63,456 nt of DNA from Octopus bimaculoides (lineage: Eukaryota). The notes beneath the pieces were generated by a model, which was not told the DNA's origin, ran no database searches, and worked only from the letters and a program-made list of their open reading frames with translations. The DNA lies in NCBI RefSeq assembly GCF_001194135.2, contig NC_068988.1, positions 46,758,421-46,821,876 of the forward strand, given 5' to 3'. The position numbers and the translations under genes were made by a program. This document shows positions 12,312 to 26,160 of this stretch, one piece after another (position 1 is the stretch's first letter; every line of letters begins with the position of its first letter).

Positions 12312-12425
12312 CTGAAGAAGGCTGGAGAGTACATCAACCAAAACATTGTGATAACAAACAAGGTAAGAACATCTATCCATCCATTGTAAATAATGTACAT
12401 AGTTCCTCATCTCAAAAATATAAAA
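12312..12425 (+). mobile_element. Inverted terminal (pLTR-like) fragment of the same PLE family, starting at a degenerate HHR core
   Basis: CTGAAGA-A-GGCTG(GAGAGTACAT)CAACC-AAAA-CATTGTG..ACAAACAAGG..TCCATTGTAAATAATGTACAT..TCCTCATCTC; opposite orientation to 11885-11976. Confidence 0.8.
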
Positions 12426-12529
12426 TAGTAATTGCTTTTGACCTGGTAACCTTGTATTATTATTTGTATGAGTTGCTTTAGTCACAAGTTTTGTTTACAC
12501 ATTAATAAACTGCCTTAGATAGCAAGCAT

Positions 12530-13620
12530 CTTCTGTTATCTTTGGAAACCTGAGCTTCAGAGGTGTGTAGGTTTTGATGGATTGTTATATAATAATTAAA
12601 CTGGTAAATTCTTATCCATATTTTCATAGTTTCCCAAGCAAGAGATGCAGATACAATATTTTCTCTTGCCTGGTAATCAGAGCTGGAGTTGTGAAGTAGG
12701 CTTAATGATACCAGAAAAATGGATAAAGTAACTGAAGTAGACAGCATATGTAATGGAATAATTAAATTTGGGTTAGTCATAGGGAACATTACAGCAACAA
12801 TGATCTATACACATGCACCACAATCTGAGCTTACAGATGAGCATAAGAACCATTTCCAAGAGGCAGACTAATTCAAAAATTGATGGTTGCAACCATGTTA
12901 ACAGTATTAGTAATTTTATCAAACATATTGAGAAATGCTCTGGTTACTACTCTCTTATATAAATGACCTACTCACAACAGTAACAGTTTAGCCACTTGAT
13001 TATCTATCTCTTAGACAAACATGGAAGCCAAGTAGACATCGTACTTGCCAAGAAATAAGACAGAAAACTGGTTGTGAATACTAAGTTGTTCCCAGTGAAG
13101 TATGTATCACTCAATACAAGCAAATTTTTAACAGCATTGGAGAAAGAGTAAGGAAGGTATGGAAGTTAAATGTCTTCTCGGTTAGACATAGATGTTTGCT
13201 GAAAAGAAAGAAAGAGTATCCCATGGAAAACAAAACAACAAAAACTAGGAGGTCACTAAGATAACTAGATGTAAATGAAAGACATAGGAGGTCTGTACAA
13301 ACCATGAACAGAGAAACTGTTAGCAAGTTGAGAATTACATATGCATTCAGTAAGTATACAGGAAAATGTTTCTCAAGGTATGGTTCACCACCCTTACCAT
13401 CTATTATAGTTCTTCAGGCCATATCAAAAGAATCTAAGACTGGTTATTCATGAGAATTGTTCTATGCCAATGACCAAGTTCTCAAAACTAAAGCCGTTGA
13501 ATTAAAAACTTATTCTAAGCTAAGCCTGGAGTCAAGCACTTTTCAAGACTAAAGTTTTAGTTGGCAGTAAAGAAAATAGAAGTCCATTGGAAATGAAAGC
13601 ATACATTGAAAAAATGCTTT
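12530..13620 (+). pseudogene. RTE LINE relic: APE endonuclease joined to an RT segment (internal deletion)
   Basis: VGLMIPEKW..VTEVDSICNGIIKFGLVIGNITATMIYTHAPQSEL; HGSQVDIVLAKK*DRKLVVNTKLFPSEVCITQYK; QAISKESKTGYS*ELFYANDQVL (RTE consensus TGCPWELLYADDLVL). Confidence 0.75.
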
Positions 13621-13924
13621 ACTTTAAGAAGTGAATAGACAAGACCACTGTAAGCAGTGGAAGAATTATCTAATTCTTCTGTGTGTGTGTTTTTATTTTT
13701 GTATGGGTTAGTAAGAGAAGAAAAGCTAACACCTGTAACTTTTTTATCATGGCCTTCAAGGCTAGTAGCTCAAAGGGAGGACATTATTCTCAGCCTGAAG
13801 GTATGGCCCACATAACTGCAAACAGAATAGACACTTTTAAAGACATTCAACAATCATGTTGTTTTGCTAAACAAAATAATAGATTAAACCTTTGAACAAA
13901 AAACATGAATAATCACTCTGACAG

Positions 13925-14075
13925 GCTTCCATTAAGTTTCCATTTACGAAATTTTTGTTGATAAGGCTTCAATCAACCCAGGATTATAGTAGAATATACC
14001 TGCTCAAAGGGCTGTAAAAGAGGATTGAACCCAAAACAACACAATTGTAAGGTAATCATCTTAATTACATGCGAA
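13925..14075 (-). mobile_element. SINE family B 5' fragment, old
   Basis: Reverse-complement match to the head and GGAAACT segment. Confidence 0.5.
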
Positions 14076-14919
14076 CTATCTATGCTAATCTCATATACTT
14101 TTATGACCTTAGCGTCCTAAAAGACACGGAATATATAATTTTCTCTGATCAATATGCTGGCACTTCTCTTTGTATGAACGCACAGTCAAAAGATTGACCT
14201 TCGAAGTTTGACCTAAGAACTTGAATGGGCCTCCTGACAGGAGGACCATTCACAGAGATTCCATCTACAAAATCTTATGCAGTTACAGAATTATTCTGTA
14301 GCTTTCTAGGGTCTGCACACCGTAATATTTCTTTGTGCACAATCAGAAGAGATTGTACTGAGTGGGTAATCAAAAGAGTGAGTGACAAGAGTTTGATCTT
14401 TGCATTGATTTTATTATACCATCCAACTATAAGCCATATATCCACCCTGCTTGTAAGTTTGTCAGACAGAATAGCCCTTCAACACATGTAGCTGTAGTGA
14501 AGTAGAACATGGTATAACCTTGTAAGTGAAATACTCAGAAATTCCATCATGCATGAAGCTATATAGTGCCAAAGTTGAAACTGACAATCAAGGGATTCAG
14601 TGAACCAAAAGATTTTGCATTGCTTTCCTATTGATATGGAACAAATTTTACCAAATATTTCAGCAGGCTTTGGTGTGTGTATATATACTGTTGTAAAAAT
14701 GTGTATGTATATTTATGTCCATATTTTTCTTTGTATGTGTGTGTCTATCTACATATAATTGTGAATAACCAGGTCTGTTTCTCTCTTTGTGTGACTCTGT
14801 GTGTGTGTATATATGTGTGTGCGTGTGTGTGTGTGTATGTGGTGATGGTTGGTGGTATACTTATGTATGTGTGAGTGCATATATAGATATGCATGCATAC
14901 ATATATATACGTGTGTGTG

Positions 14920-14991
<72 letters not shown>

Positions 14992-16514
14992 TGTATGTGT
15001 ATATGTGTATGTACAAGCTTTTATGTATATGTATGCATAATATATATTTAAACACACAGTATACATTATACATACATGCATACATACGTACATACATACA
15101 TACATACATACATACATACATACATACATGTATACATACACACACATGTGTGTATGTGTGCATGTATGGGTGTTTGTGTTTGTATATGAATGAGAGTTGT
15201 ACTTTCAGCATTTAGCAGATTGTGCGTTGCTTTAATATTCTCACTCCTGTCGTAAATTTATATGATGGCCAAGGAAGGTTTCCAGGGTCAAATAGCTTTG
15301 CTCTGTTTTGATGAAACATCTAGTGATATTTTCTGTAGGTGCTAAGAACCCTGTCAGATATTAGCTGTCCATGAATGACAAAGGATTTCTGCAGATATCT
15401 TTCCAGAATGCAATAAGAGAAAATTGAATTTCAGGTTTTGAAATTTGATGGTAAATGATTGCTCAATGTGCTGTAGATATGAGGAATCTCTATCAAATCC
15501 ACACAACATCACTAGATTGATTTCAATAAGGTTGTGGGGTGAAAATATGAATATAGCTGGAAGCTTGTGACTATGAGGAATGATTAAGTTAATGTATATG
15601 TACGAATGTGTGTGTGCGTGTGCATGCTTGTCTATGTTTGTATTTGCGTATGAGGATAACTTTTGTTTGGAGTTTTCTTTTAATTTCATTTTGGTTTACT
15701 TTAAAGCTGTAGAGCGAGTTGAGGTTAAGCTTCAGGCACATTAAAGATATCTAACTTGCCACTGATTACCAGCTGATGCCCATCCACATCACTTAGACAG
15801 TTTAGTAGTGTTTGGATTTCAAAAGTGTCACTATATTATTTCGTAGATATAACTACATTTCCATCACTACTGCTGCTGCTGTTGTTTCTGATGTCACTGT
15901 AGCTGTTGCTGTTGTTGTATTGGTTGTGGTTGGAATGGAAGCGATGGTTGATGGTATCATTGTTATTGCTGTTGTTGTTGCTACCAGTATTATTGCTACT
16001 GTTGGTGATATTTTTGACATTGATATTACCATCACCTGAACGAAACACCTTAGTGTGTGATATATTATATAATATACCTTACATGATATATGTGTGTGAG
16101 TGCACACACAGAGCCAGACAGACACAGACACACACACACACACACACATGTTTATATACATATATACATTTGTGTACGCATACATATATGTGAGTGTGTT
16201 TATATATATATACATACATACAGAGAAAGAGAGAGAGAGGGAGAGAGAGATAAACAGATTGATAGATGTAAGCATAGCTATGTGTTTCACATCTCAACCA
16301 TGTAGCTTTGGATTCAATACCACTGCATAGCAAGTTGGGGTCAAGTATCATTTATTGTAGTCCTAGACTGACCAAAGTATCGTCAGTGGATGTTGTAGAT
16401 AGCAGCTGACAAAATTAGTGCATGCACACAAGCATGCATACATCTGTATACATATGCACACATATGTTTATATATGTATTTACGTACATATGTATTTATA
16501 TATATATATAAATA

Positions 16515-16845
16515 TTGCGGGTGGCACATAAAAGACACCATTTCGAGCGTGGCCGTTTTCGTGCGGGTGACACATAAAAGCACCCACTACACTCTCTGAG
16601 TGGTTGGCGTTAGGAAGGGCATCCAGCTGTAGAAACTCTGCCAAATTAGATTGGAGCCTGGTGTAGCCATCTGGTTGCACCAATCCTCAGTCAAATCGTC
16701 CAACCCNNNNNNNNNNGTAGAAACTCTGCCAAATTAGATTGGAGCCTGGTGTAGCCATCTGGTTGCACCAATCCTCAGTCAAATCGTCCAACCCATGCTA
16801 GCATGGAAAGCGGACGTTAAAGGATGATGATGATGATGATGATGA
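16515..16845 (+). mobile_element. Family D repeat ending CATGCTAGCATGGAAAGCGGACGTTAAA(GAT)n (LINE-3'-like tail)
   Basis: Homologues at 28305-28495 (-) and 25120-25270 (-), tail fragments near 21800-21845 and 47840-47880; contains a gap-flanking duplication. Confidence 0.75.
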
Positions 16846-16857
16846 TATATATATATA

Positions 16858-17240
16858 CTCGTTTATTCATTTCAGTCATTAGACTGTGGCCAAACTGGGG
16901 CATTGCTTTGAAGAAGTTTAGTCAAACAAATCGACCCCCTGCACATATTTTTAAGCCAGGTTCTTATTCAGTCTGTCTTTTTTGCCAAACTGCTAAGTTC
17001 TGGAGATATAAACATACCGACACTAGTTGTCAAGCCTTGGTGGGTGACAAACACAGATATATATATATAAATATATTTAATGGGCTTCTTTTAGTTTCTG
17101 TCTACCAAATTTGCTCACAAAGCTTTGGTTGGACTAAGGCTATAACAGAAGACACTTGGCCACGATGTCATGCAGTGGAACTGAACCTGGATCCAATTGG
17201 TTTGGATGCAAACTTTTTACCATCCAACCATGCTTGTACC
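16858..17240 (-). mobile_element. SINE family B, full length, minus strand
   Basis: Reverse complement collinear with 9540-9955. Confidence 0.8.
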
Positions 17241-17242
17241 TG

Positions 17243-17625
17243 CTTCCCAATCACATGGTTCCATGTTCAGTACCACTGTGTAGCATCTTGGGCAAGTGTC
17301 TTCTACTATAGCCTTGAGCTGACCAAAGCCTGGTGAGTAAATTTGTTTAATGGAAACTGAAAGAAGCCTGTTGTATACATATGTGTATATATATTTGTGT
17401 GTGAGCCTTTGGGTCTGTGTTTGTCTCCCAGCCATCCTTTGACAACCGATGTTGGTGTGTTTACATCCCCGTAAGTTAGTGGTTGGCAAAAGAGACTAAT
17501 AGAATAAGTACAAGGCTTACAAAGAATAAGTCCTGGGTTAGGATTTCTTTGATTAAAACACTTTAAGGTAGTGCTCTCCAGAATGAACACAGTCAAAAGA
17601 CTCAAGCAAGTAAAAGAATAAAAGT
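17243..17625 (+). mobile_element. SINE family B, near full length, head-to-head with the previous copy
   Basis: TTCCCAATCACATGGTTCCATGTTCAGTACCACTG..GGAAACTGAAAGAAGCC..GACAACCGATGTTGGTGTGTTTAC..AAGTAAAAGA. Confidence 0.85.
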
Positions 17626-18031
17626 ATAAGAATATATGTGCTTGTGTGTGGTTATGTATGTAAATATATATATATATATATANNNNNNNNNNNNNNNNNN
17701 NNNNNNNNNNNNNNNNNNNNNNNNNNNNNNNNNNNNNNNNNNNNNNNNNNNNNNNNNNNNNNNNNNNNNNNNNNNNNNNNNNNNNNNNNNNNNNNNNNNN
17801 NNNNNNNNNNNNNNNNNNNNNNNNNNNNNNNNNNNNNNNNNNNNNNNNNNNNNNNNNNNNNNNNNNNNNNNNNNNNNNNNNNNNNNNNNNNNNNNNNNNN
17901 NNNNNNNNNNNNNNNNNNNNNNNNNNNNNNNNNNNNNNNNNNNNNNNNNNNNNNNNNNNNNNNNNNNNNNNNNNNNNNNNNNNNNNNNNNNNNNNNNNNN
18001 NNNNNNNNNNNNNNNNNNNNNNNNNNNNNNN

Positions 18032-18071
<40 letters not shown>

Positions 18072-20299
18072 GTGAAAGCATAGTGGTTAAAGTGTTGCAC
18101 TCACAATGATAAGGCAGTGTGTTTGAATCGTGGTGTTTGAATCTTGATTTGTGCATGTGCATGTGTATGTTTGCATGAGTGCACACGTGCATGTGCACAT
18201 GTGTGTATGTGAGTGTGAAAATTATAATGCAATTTGTTTCAATATCTGGCCTTGTTCCGATTCAGACTATGCCAAACAATTTTTGAAATAAGGAAATTCA
18301 TTACTAAGAGTATTTCATTAGACCAAAACAAATTTGATTGTACCACCCAAAATTTCTCTCTGCAATGAATAAGATATAACAATAACTAAAGCAAGATTAA
18401 ATTTTATTAATTAATTCATCAAATATTAATAAGAATGAAAGTATTTTGACTGTCTCTCATCACTTTTTTTTATGGAATCAGCAATGTTTTTTTCAAATTC
18501 CCTCTTACAGATTCACATTTGTTAAAATGGAAGTGTTCCAAACACGAGCAAATATACTTTTTCTAATCTATGTATCAACTCAGAAAAAGACAATAAAAAT
18601 CAAAATTATTAAGTGAAAAATGAATTAAAATTAATGAAATTTAATACAATTTATGATGAAATGATCTATTAACAAAATATAATATAGTTCAAAATAATAA
18701 ATACTATCTATGAAGAATGTTAATGGATAATTCTGTGCCCAAATGCATTAAATGCATAGAACATTATACTTTCAAAGAAATAGTGAAGCATGTTGCCAAG
18801 ACATTGCTTATGTTCTTGATCTAAAAGACCACATCAGAATCATTGAAGGAGAACTGTCTAGAATGTCTAGAATTATGTTAGATAGACTGATTGCATCTGC
18901 TTGAAGATGATTCTTCATAAATTGCATATATTATTTTCAATTAAGGTTTCTAATGTTCTCTTTCTTAATTATGTTTCATTTTTGTTTCTAACTGAAATCT
19001 GAATTAGTTTTTAAAGAAGCAGTGACCAGAAAGGGGATGCTTTTGTCTTTACTAATATGAAGAAAACAAAAATCTTTGAATGCATAAAAGAAAATCAATT
19101 CTGATTTCATAAAATGTAACAGGATAATCATAGCTGGAAAGGTAGAAACTCAATACTTCCTGTAACACCAAAATGTTAAATTGTTTTAATTTAAGAATTA
19201 GCAATTTTGGTTCAAAACCACACTTCTTTTTGCAATAACAGGGAAGATTTCTTTAATACATAAATAAAAGTACATTTATATATTAAGTCTGTCCAGAGTT
19301 ATCTCTCTTTAGTATTTTCCATTGATAGCTGCTAAAGAGCTAGAAATGCATATGGGAATCTGACAGGGGGCATCATAGGACAGATATGGTATTTTAAACT
19401 TTTACCATAGCAAAATTTTTTTCTCCACATTAACTGCAGTGAATTTACCTTTAGAAGTTGAAATATGACACGAGTATATTTAAAGTAACCTAAAGTTCAC
19501 ATATATATGCATATGTTGATACATATATATATGCACCCCTCCATATATATATATATATATATATATATATNNNNNNNNNNNNNNNNNNNNNNNNNNNNNN
19601 NNNNNNNNNNNNNNNNNNNNNNNNNNNATTATATATTGTATATTATATTATATATTGTATATTCCATATTCTATGCCCCACATTGGTTCTGCAGGAAGAT
19701 AGGTGAAACATAAAAAACAGACAGTGTTGGAACTCTTTTAAGCAAAATAATATATTCCTCTATACACAATCATACAAAAAAATCCACCTTTTTTTGTGTT
19801 TGTTTTTACTCGCATATATATATATATATATATATATACATATGTGTGTGTGTGTGTGTATATATGTGCCTGTGAAATCTTGTATCCCTGCCGTAAGGCT
19901 TTATTTCCACATACGCCAGCTTAATTTAATTCATCCTTAGCTGAAAGACACCGGTTGTTATGTCCTATTATTTGTATTTGTGTAACATTCTCCGTTTTTT
20001 CCCTTCCTTGTTTCTGTATACATTTGCTGTTTTCTTCCAAGGAATCTAATGCTCTTAGCTTAGTTTTTCCTTGGGGCTAGCCAGATTGGAGTAATCTCGA
20101 TTATAACCAGCTGAAATTGCAAAGATAATCTGGAATTCGACTGAGGAAAGAAAACTCTGATTGACCCGTCCTTGTTTTCTTTGTATCTTTTATCTGAATG
20201 TTTTGTTGCCCCTTTTTTGTATCAGCTGCCTGGATGTTTTGTACTCTTATTCCATTTTTTATTTTCTACACACACGCACACACACACACACACACACAC

Positions 20300-20590
20300 A
20301 CGTATATACACTGGCACTCCGTCGGTTACAATGATCCAATCAACAGAACAACCTGCTCATGAGATTAACATGTACCCTCAACATAGTTCGCATGGAGATT
20401 CAGCGTGATACAGAGTGTGACAAGGCTGACCCTTTGAATTTCAGGTACAACACATTTTTGCCAACTGAGTGGACTGGTTAATGTGAAATAAAATGTCTTG
20501 TTCAAGGACATAACACATCACCAGGTATTGAACTCATGACCTTACAATGATGGCCCGAATACCCTAACCACTCAGCCATGCACCTTCATA
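20300..20590 (-). mobile_element. SINE family C (tRNA head TGGCTGAGTGGTTAGG..GAGTTCAATACC plus central domain)
   Basis: Collinear with 51430-51745; A and B boxes visible. Confidence 0.75.
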
Positions 20591-21526
20591 TATATATATA
20601 TATATATANNNNNNNNNNNNNNNNNNNNNNNNNNNNNNNNNNNNNNNNNNNNNNNNNNNNNNNNNNNNNNNNNNNNNNNNNNNNNNNNNNNNNNNNNNNN
20701 NNNNNNNNNNNNNNNNNNNNNNNNNNNNNNNNNNNNNNNNNNNNNNNNNNNNNNNNNNNNNNNNNNNNNNNNNNNNNNNNNNNNNNNNNNNNNNNNNNNN
20801 NNNNNNNNNNNNNNNNNNNNNNNNNNNNNNNNNNNNNNNNNNNNNNNNNNNNNNNNNNNNNNNNNNNNNNNNNNNNNNNNNNNNNNNNNNNNNNNNNNNN
20901 NNNNNNNNNNNNNNNNNNNNNNNNNNNNNNNNNNNNNNNNNNNNNNNNNNNNNNNNNNNNNNNNNNNNNNNNNNNNNNNNNNNNNNNNNNNNNNNNNNNN
21001 NNNNNNNNNNNNNNNNNNNNNNNNNNNNNNNNNNNNNNNNNNNNNNNNNNNNNNNNNNNNNNNNNNNNNNNNNNNNNNNNNNNNNNNNNNNNNNNNNNNN
21101 NNNNNNNNNNNNNNNNNNNNNNNNNNNNNNNNNNNNNNNNNNNNNNNNNNNNNNNNNNNNNNNNNNNNNNNNNNNNNNNNNNNNNNNNNNNNNNNNNNNN
21201 NNNNNNNNNNNNNNNNNNNNNNNNNNNNNNNNNNNNNNNNNNNNNNNNNNNNNNNNNNNNNNNNNNNNNNNNNNNNNNNNNNNNNNNNNNNNNNNNNNNN
21301 NNNNNNNNNNNNNNNNNNNNNNNNNNNNNNNNNNNNNNNNNNNNNNNNNNNNNNNNNNNNNNNNNNNNNNNNNNNNNNNNNNNNNNNNNNNNNNNNNNNN
21401 NNNNNNNNNNNNNNNNNNNNNNNNNNNNNNNNNNNNNNNNNNNNNNNNNNNNNNNNNNNNNNNNNNNNNNNNNNNNNNNNATTCTATCCGAAGAATTTTT
21501 ATTCATTAAGATAGAAGAAATACACA

Positions 21527-21559
<33 letters not shown>

Positions 21560-21564
<5 letters not shown>

Positions 21565-21790
21565 TGTATGTATTTGTGTGTCTGTGCTTGTCCGCCCACC
21601 ATAACTTGACACCGATGTTGGTGTGTTTACGTCCCAGTTACTTAGACGTTCAGAGAAAAAAAAATGATAGAATAAGTATTAGGCTTACAAAGATTAAGTC
21701 CTGGGATCGATTTGTTGGACTAAAGGTGGTGCTCCACCATGGCCGCAGTCAAATGACTTAAACAAGTAAAAAGAGTAAAAAAGAAAAACA
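21560..21790 (+). mobile_element. SINE family B, 3' half
   Basis: Matches 17410-17625. Confidence 0.75.
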
Positions 21791-21994
21791 GAATGCATAT
21801 ATCATTATCATCGTTTAGTACCTGCCTTCCATGCTGGCATGGGTTATATTTATAAGATGCATATATTTGCATTCGTTGATTTCCATGCAGAGAAGTTATC
21901 ATTGCAACAACATATTAGTATTCACTGTCAATTATAATATAAAGCAATTTCACCTGTACATGTGTGTATCCATCTATTATCTATCTATCTATCT

Positions 21995-22039
<45 letters not shown>

Positions 22040-22419
22040 TTATCTATCTATTGGCCAGTCGGTCTGTCAGTCTATTTGTCTGTCTCTGCCTATATGTGTA
22101 TGTATGTGCGATGTATATTTTGAGTGTGGGCATGTATGAGCATACAGTGTATGAGCATATAAAGTCACTGGTAGAGCGTTTTGTGCGTCATACACAATAA
22201 ATTCCTTATTTATTAAAGTACCCCTTCGATAGAGAAGGAAAACAAAAACCGAGTGATAATAGTAAGCGTCTTTGGATAAGAAGGGGAGATAATGTAAAAA
22301 AAATTTAGAACAATTTCTCAGTTGAACTGACATGCTCAGGCAAAAGGACACTCTGATTTACTTTATTTTGAATTTACACATACACACAATATGTATTCAT
22401 GCATATAAGTATATATGCA

Positions 22420-22470
<51 letters not shown>

Positions 22471-22574
22471 ACCTATATTTATGTATATATTATATATATG
22501 TTTGTATATATGCATTTATCTATGTATATTTATCTACACACACACACGCATATATATATAAAGGTATGTATATA

Positions 22575-22608
<34 letters not shown>

Positions 22609-22621
22609 AGTGTGTGTGTAT

Positions 22622-22659
<38 letters not shown>

Positions 22660-24602
22660 GTACATACAGACACACATATTTATATGAATATGTTCATGCG
22701 TATTTCAGTGATCATGGTTTGTGTGCAGGCTAAAAACACAAAAGAAGTTTGCATTGCAATTATAAACTGCAGCTAATAAATATGGACATTATTCTTCTCA
22801 CCATTTGCTGGTGTGTTAGGCCAAATCACATACTCCTTCACACATTATCTAAAACACACACACAGATACACACCCTTGTTTAAAGCATATGTATACGTGT
22901 TTCTCTCTCTCTCTCTCTTTCTCTCTTTCTGTATGTATGTATGTGTGTGTGTGTGTGTGTGTGTGCGTTGTGTGTGCATCTGTCACCTCATATTCAAACA
23001 GCTTTAACTTCTTTATAATTTTCTCTTGTTTGTTGTTGTTGCTGTTGTCATTGTCCTTCTTCTTCTTCTTCTTCTTCTTCTTCTTCTTCTTCTTCTTCTT
23101 TTTCTCCTCCTCCTGCTCCTCCTCCTCCTTCTCTTCCTCCACCTCCTAAGTCTCACAGAAACACATCCTTTGATGCCAAATATAGACACAGCTTTCATTC
23201 CAGTATACCAGATACACATACATATAGATTACATACATAAACACACATACACACACACATGCACGCACGCACACCCACACACACATACACACACACACAC
23301 ACACACACATACACATACAAGTATTCACAACCATACTCGGTCATTAACAAATTCCCTCACACAACCATTCACACACGCACAAACACACACACACACTCAC
23401 GTCCACACTCACACTCACACATAAGTATTTTAATATTACATATGCAATGCATTATTCATACATCTGTGCATATACATGTGTGAGTGAACTTCTTTTATCA
23501 GACCACTCACACGCACACAGGCATATATTCTTCCACATCATATACACATACACATGCATAAGACAATATATGGCGCATATACATAAGAGATATACATAGG
23601 TTTGTTAAAGCTGTAGATCAGACACGTTTCTTCCCATATCATATATACACACTCATATACATAAAAGACATACTCACATGAACACAGTCTTGCCACCACA
23701 CCATCGATCAGAAGCTGTTTAATAAACAGTAAACCCAGAACAACTGAAGCAATATCTCTTTATTAATTCACAGCTATTTCACGGCTGTCATAATCTTTAT
23801 TCCTCTGGATTTGATGGTTAATGCCATGGCTTAAGGCCCTAATATGGTGCGGTAATATTAATGAATATGATGGAGGTGTGATATTGTATTGTACATGCTT
23901 CCATTTGCATGCATATTTATACACATTGGCAAATGAATAGACGTTGAGATATATTAGCTGAGACAACACAAGCATACATGCATGCATACATATATAGAGA
24001 CGTACATGCATAAATACTTATTCACATACATGCATACATATACACATGTATACATATATAAAGTTATATTAATGGATATTGCATAATATATGATATTGTC
24101 AGTGATGTACTCTTCATACTGGGAAAGAAGTGAATATGCTGAACCTTATTATAATGAGGCACACTTGAACATTGTTTTATAACATAAATGTCATGAGCTT
24201 AAGTGATAGCAGTTTGTGTTATTTTTGTTGTTGATGGGCTATGGTTAGTACTCTGCTTGCTCAGAGCTGTTTTGCGGAGCTGTCCTATCAACTGTTTAGA
24301 AGTCAATAATATATAATATCTCACACTAGATATTCTATGCTTTGAACTAGTGTAGTTTGGGACTACACTTTTTAGTGATTGTCTAATTGATGTCCAGAAT
24401 GTCAACTTGTGTATATATATATAAATATGTTACATCTATTTTGTATTTTGCACTTTGTTCATATATATTTGAAAAAAGAAATCTGGCAATAACTGCAGAA
24501 ATGGCAGACAAAAGATGGACAATTGATTTGTCACCACAATTTGGAAATGTTAATCTATCATGTCTGCATATATGCATGCATGCTTCTACATGTGTGTGAG
24601 TG

Positions 24603-24716
<114 letters not shown>

Positions 24717-25296
24717 TTTGCAGGCTTTGTTATAAACAATATATAATATCTTAACCCTAATGATACTGAAACTATGGGCCATAGGTACTTGTATGCATTC
24801 AGGTTGCTGCCTTTCAGTCTGTACACTGGACATTATTAGTATCATACATTTTGTGTTACATGTATGTTTCCTTTTATCTTTGCCATATAAACCTGTGAGA
24901 CTCTATTGTCATATTATATTGTAAGAGAGTTCAAATCAATGTTAGGTTATTCTCTCGGTGAGGTAGGTGTGATAATGATCAAGTGTGTAAAGAGTAAATC
25001 TGGATTTTATAAGGAATTTGATTACTGCATTCATGTTTGGAGTTGTATTGTTTGCACAAGGTAGAGCTTGGTAAAATAGGTTAGGCAATTTAGTGGACAC
25101 ACAAACACACACACACATACATGCATCATCATCATCATCAACATCATCATCATCCTCATCATTAACATCATCATCCTTTAACATCTATTTTCCATGCTGG
25201 CATGGGTTGTTTAGTTCGACCAGAGCTGGCAAGGTGGAGAGCTGTACCAGATTCCAGTATGATTCAGCGTGATACAGTTCTATTTTTGAGAGACGT

Positions 25297-25556
25297 GGAA
25301 TTATGTATATTATTTACATTTGATGGATATTTGTCCTCATCTTGTTTGCTGTTAACAACCTTTCGGCTGATATACTCTCCAGCCTTTATTAGGTGTATTG
25401 GGGAAATTTCGAACCTGGGTCATCATTATTATTATTCAGGTCACAGCCTGGAATTGAACTCGGAATCTTACCCACTATGCCATATGCCCGTGGGCAATTA
25501 TAGAGTGAATTTTAGGGCTTATAAATCTAATATTTTCCTATCCTTCTTTAATACCT
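25297..25556 (-). mobile_element. PLE-terminus family copy 3 (5'-truncated in the last EN codons; tRNA-like head internally deleted; HHR core mutated to CTAATAA)
   Basis: Shares TATAGAGTGAATTTTAGGGCTTATAAA with 12150-12180; HHR-like region 25352-25397 keeps GGCTG/CAGCC-GAAA. Confidence 0.85.
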
Positions 25557-25864
25557 TCCTAATGCCAACTACTTTACCGTGTCTGCAGGGTACATTTAAC
25601 ATGGCAACAACAATTTTACGTGGCAGCAGAACAAATGCTTTTTACATGGCAGTGGCACATTGTGTGTGTGTGTGTGTGTTCACTCCTGCTGCAAAAATTC
25701 ACATGATGGTTGTAAACAAGCATCACCGTCATACAAGCGACGATGTTGGTGCACAGTCTTAAGTGAATAAAACATGTCTGGTCATGGGAAATATTATTTT
25801 GCCTGGAAAAAGTAAGTGTTAGCAACAGAAAGGGCACCCAAACTTAGAAAATCTGACTCAGTAA

Positions 25865-26160
25865 ATGGTGATGGTGATGATGATGATGACAAAAATGACA
25901 ATGTTAACGATGATGATGGTGACAATGATGATGATGATGATGATGACGACGATGATGACGACGACGACAATGACAATGACAATGGTGACAATGATGATGG
26001 CGGTGATGGTGATGGTGGTAGTAATGATGTGATGATGATGATGACGATGATGATGACAATGGTGATGATGATGATGACAATGTTGGTAACAATGACAATA
26101 ATGATGATGGTGATGATTATGATGATTATGATGACAAAAATGATGATGATGATGATAATG
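25865..26160. repeat. Degenerate (GAT)n/(GAC)n trinucleotide array
   Basis: Direct reading. Confidence 0.9.

Noticed and set aside
16629-16794. Identical 78-bp direct repeat on either side of the 10-N gap
   Set aside because: Typical unmerged contig overlap, so an assembly artefact rather than a tandem duplication
18760-18905. Short open stretch NSEACCQDIAYVLDLKDHIRIIEGELSRM after a possible acceptor
   Set aside because: No donor, homology or expression evidence; too short to call
20148-20172. CTGAGGA-AAGAAAACTC-TGAT..GTC
   Set aside because: GAAA box absent and no stem I; at most a remnant
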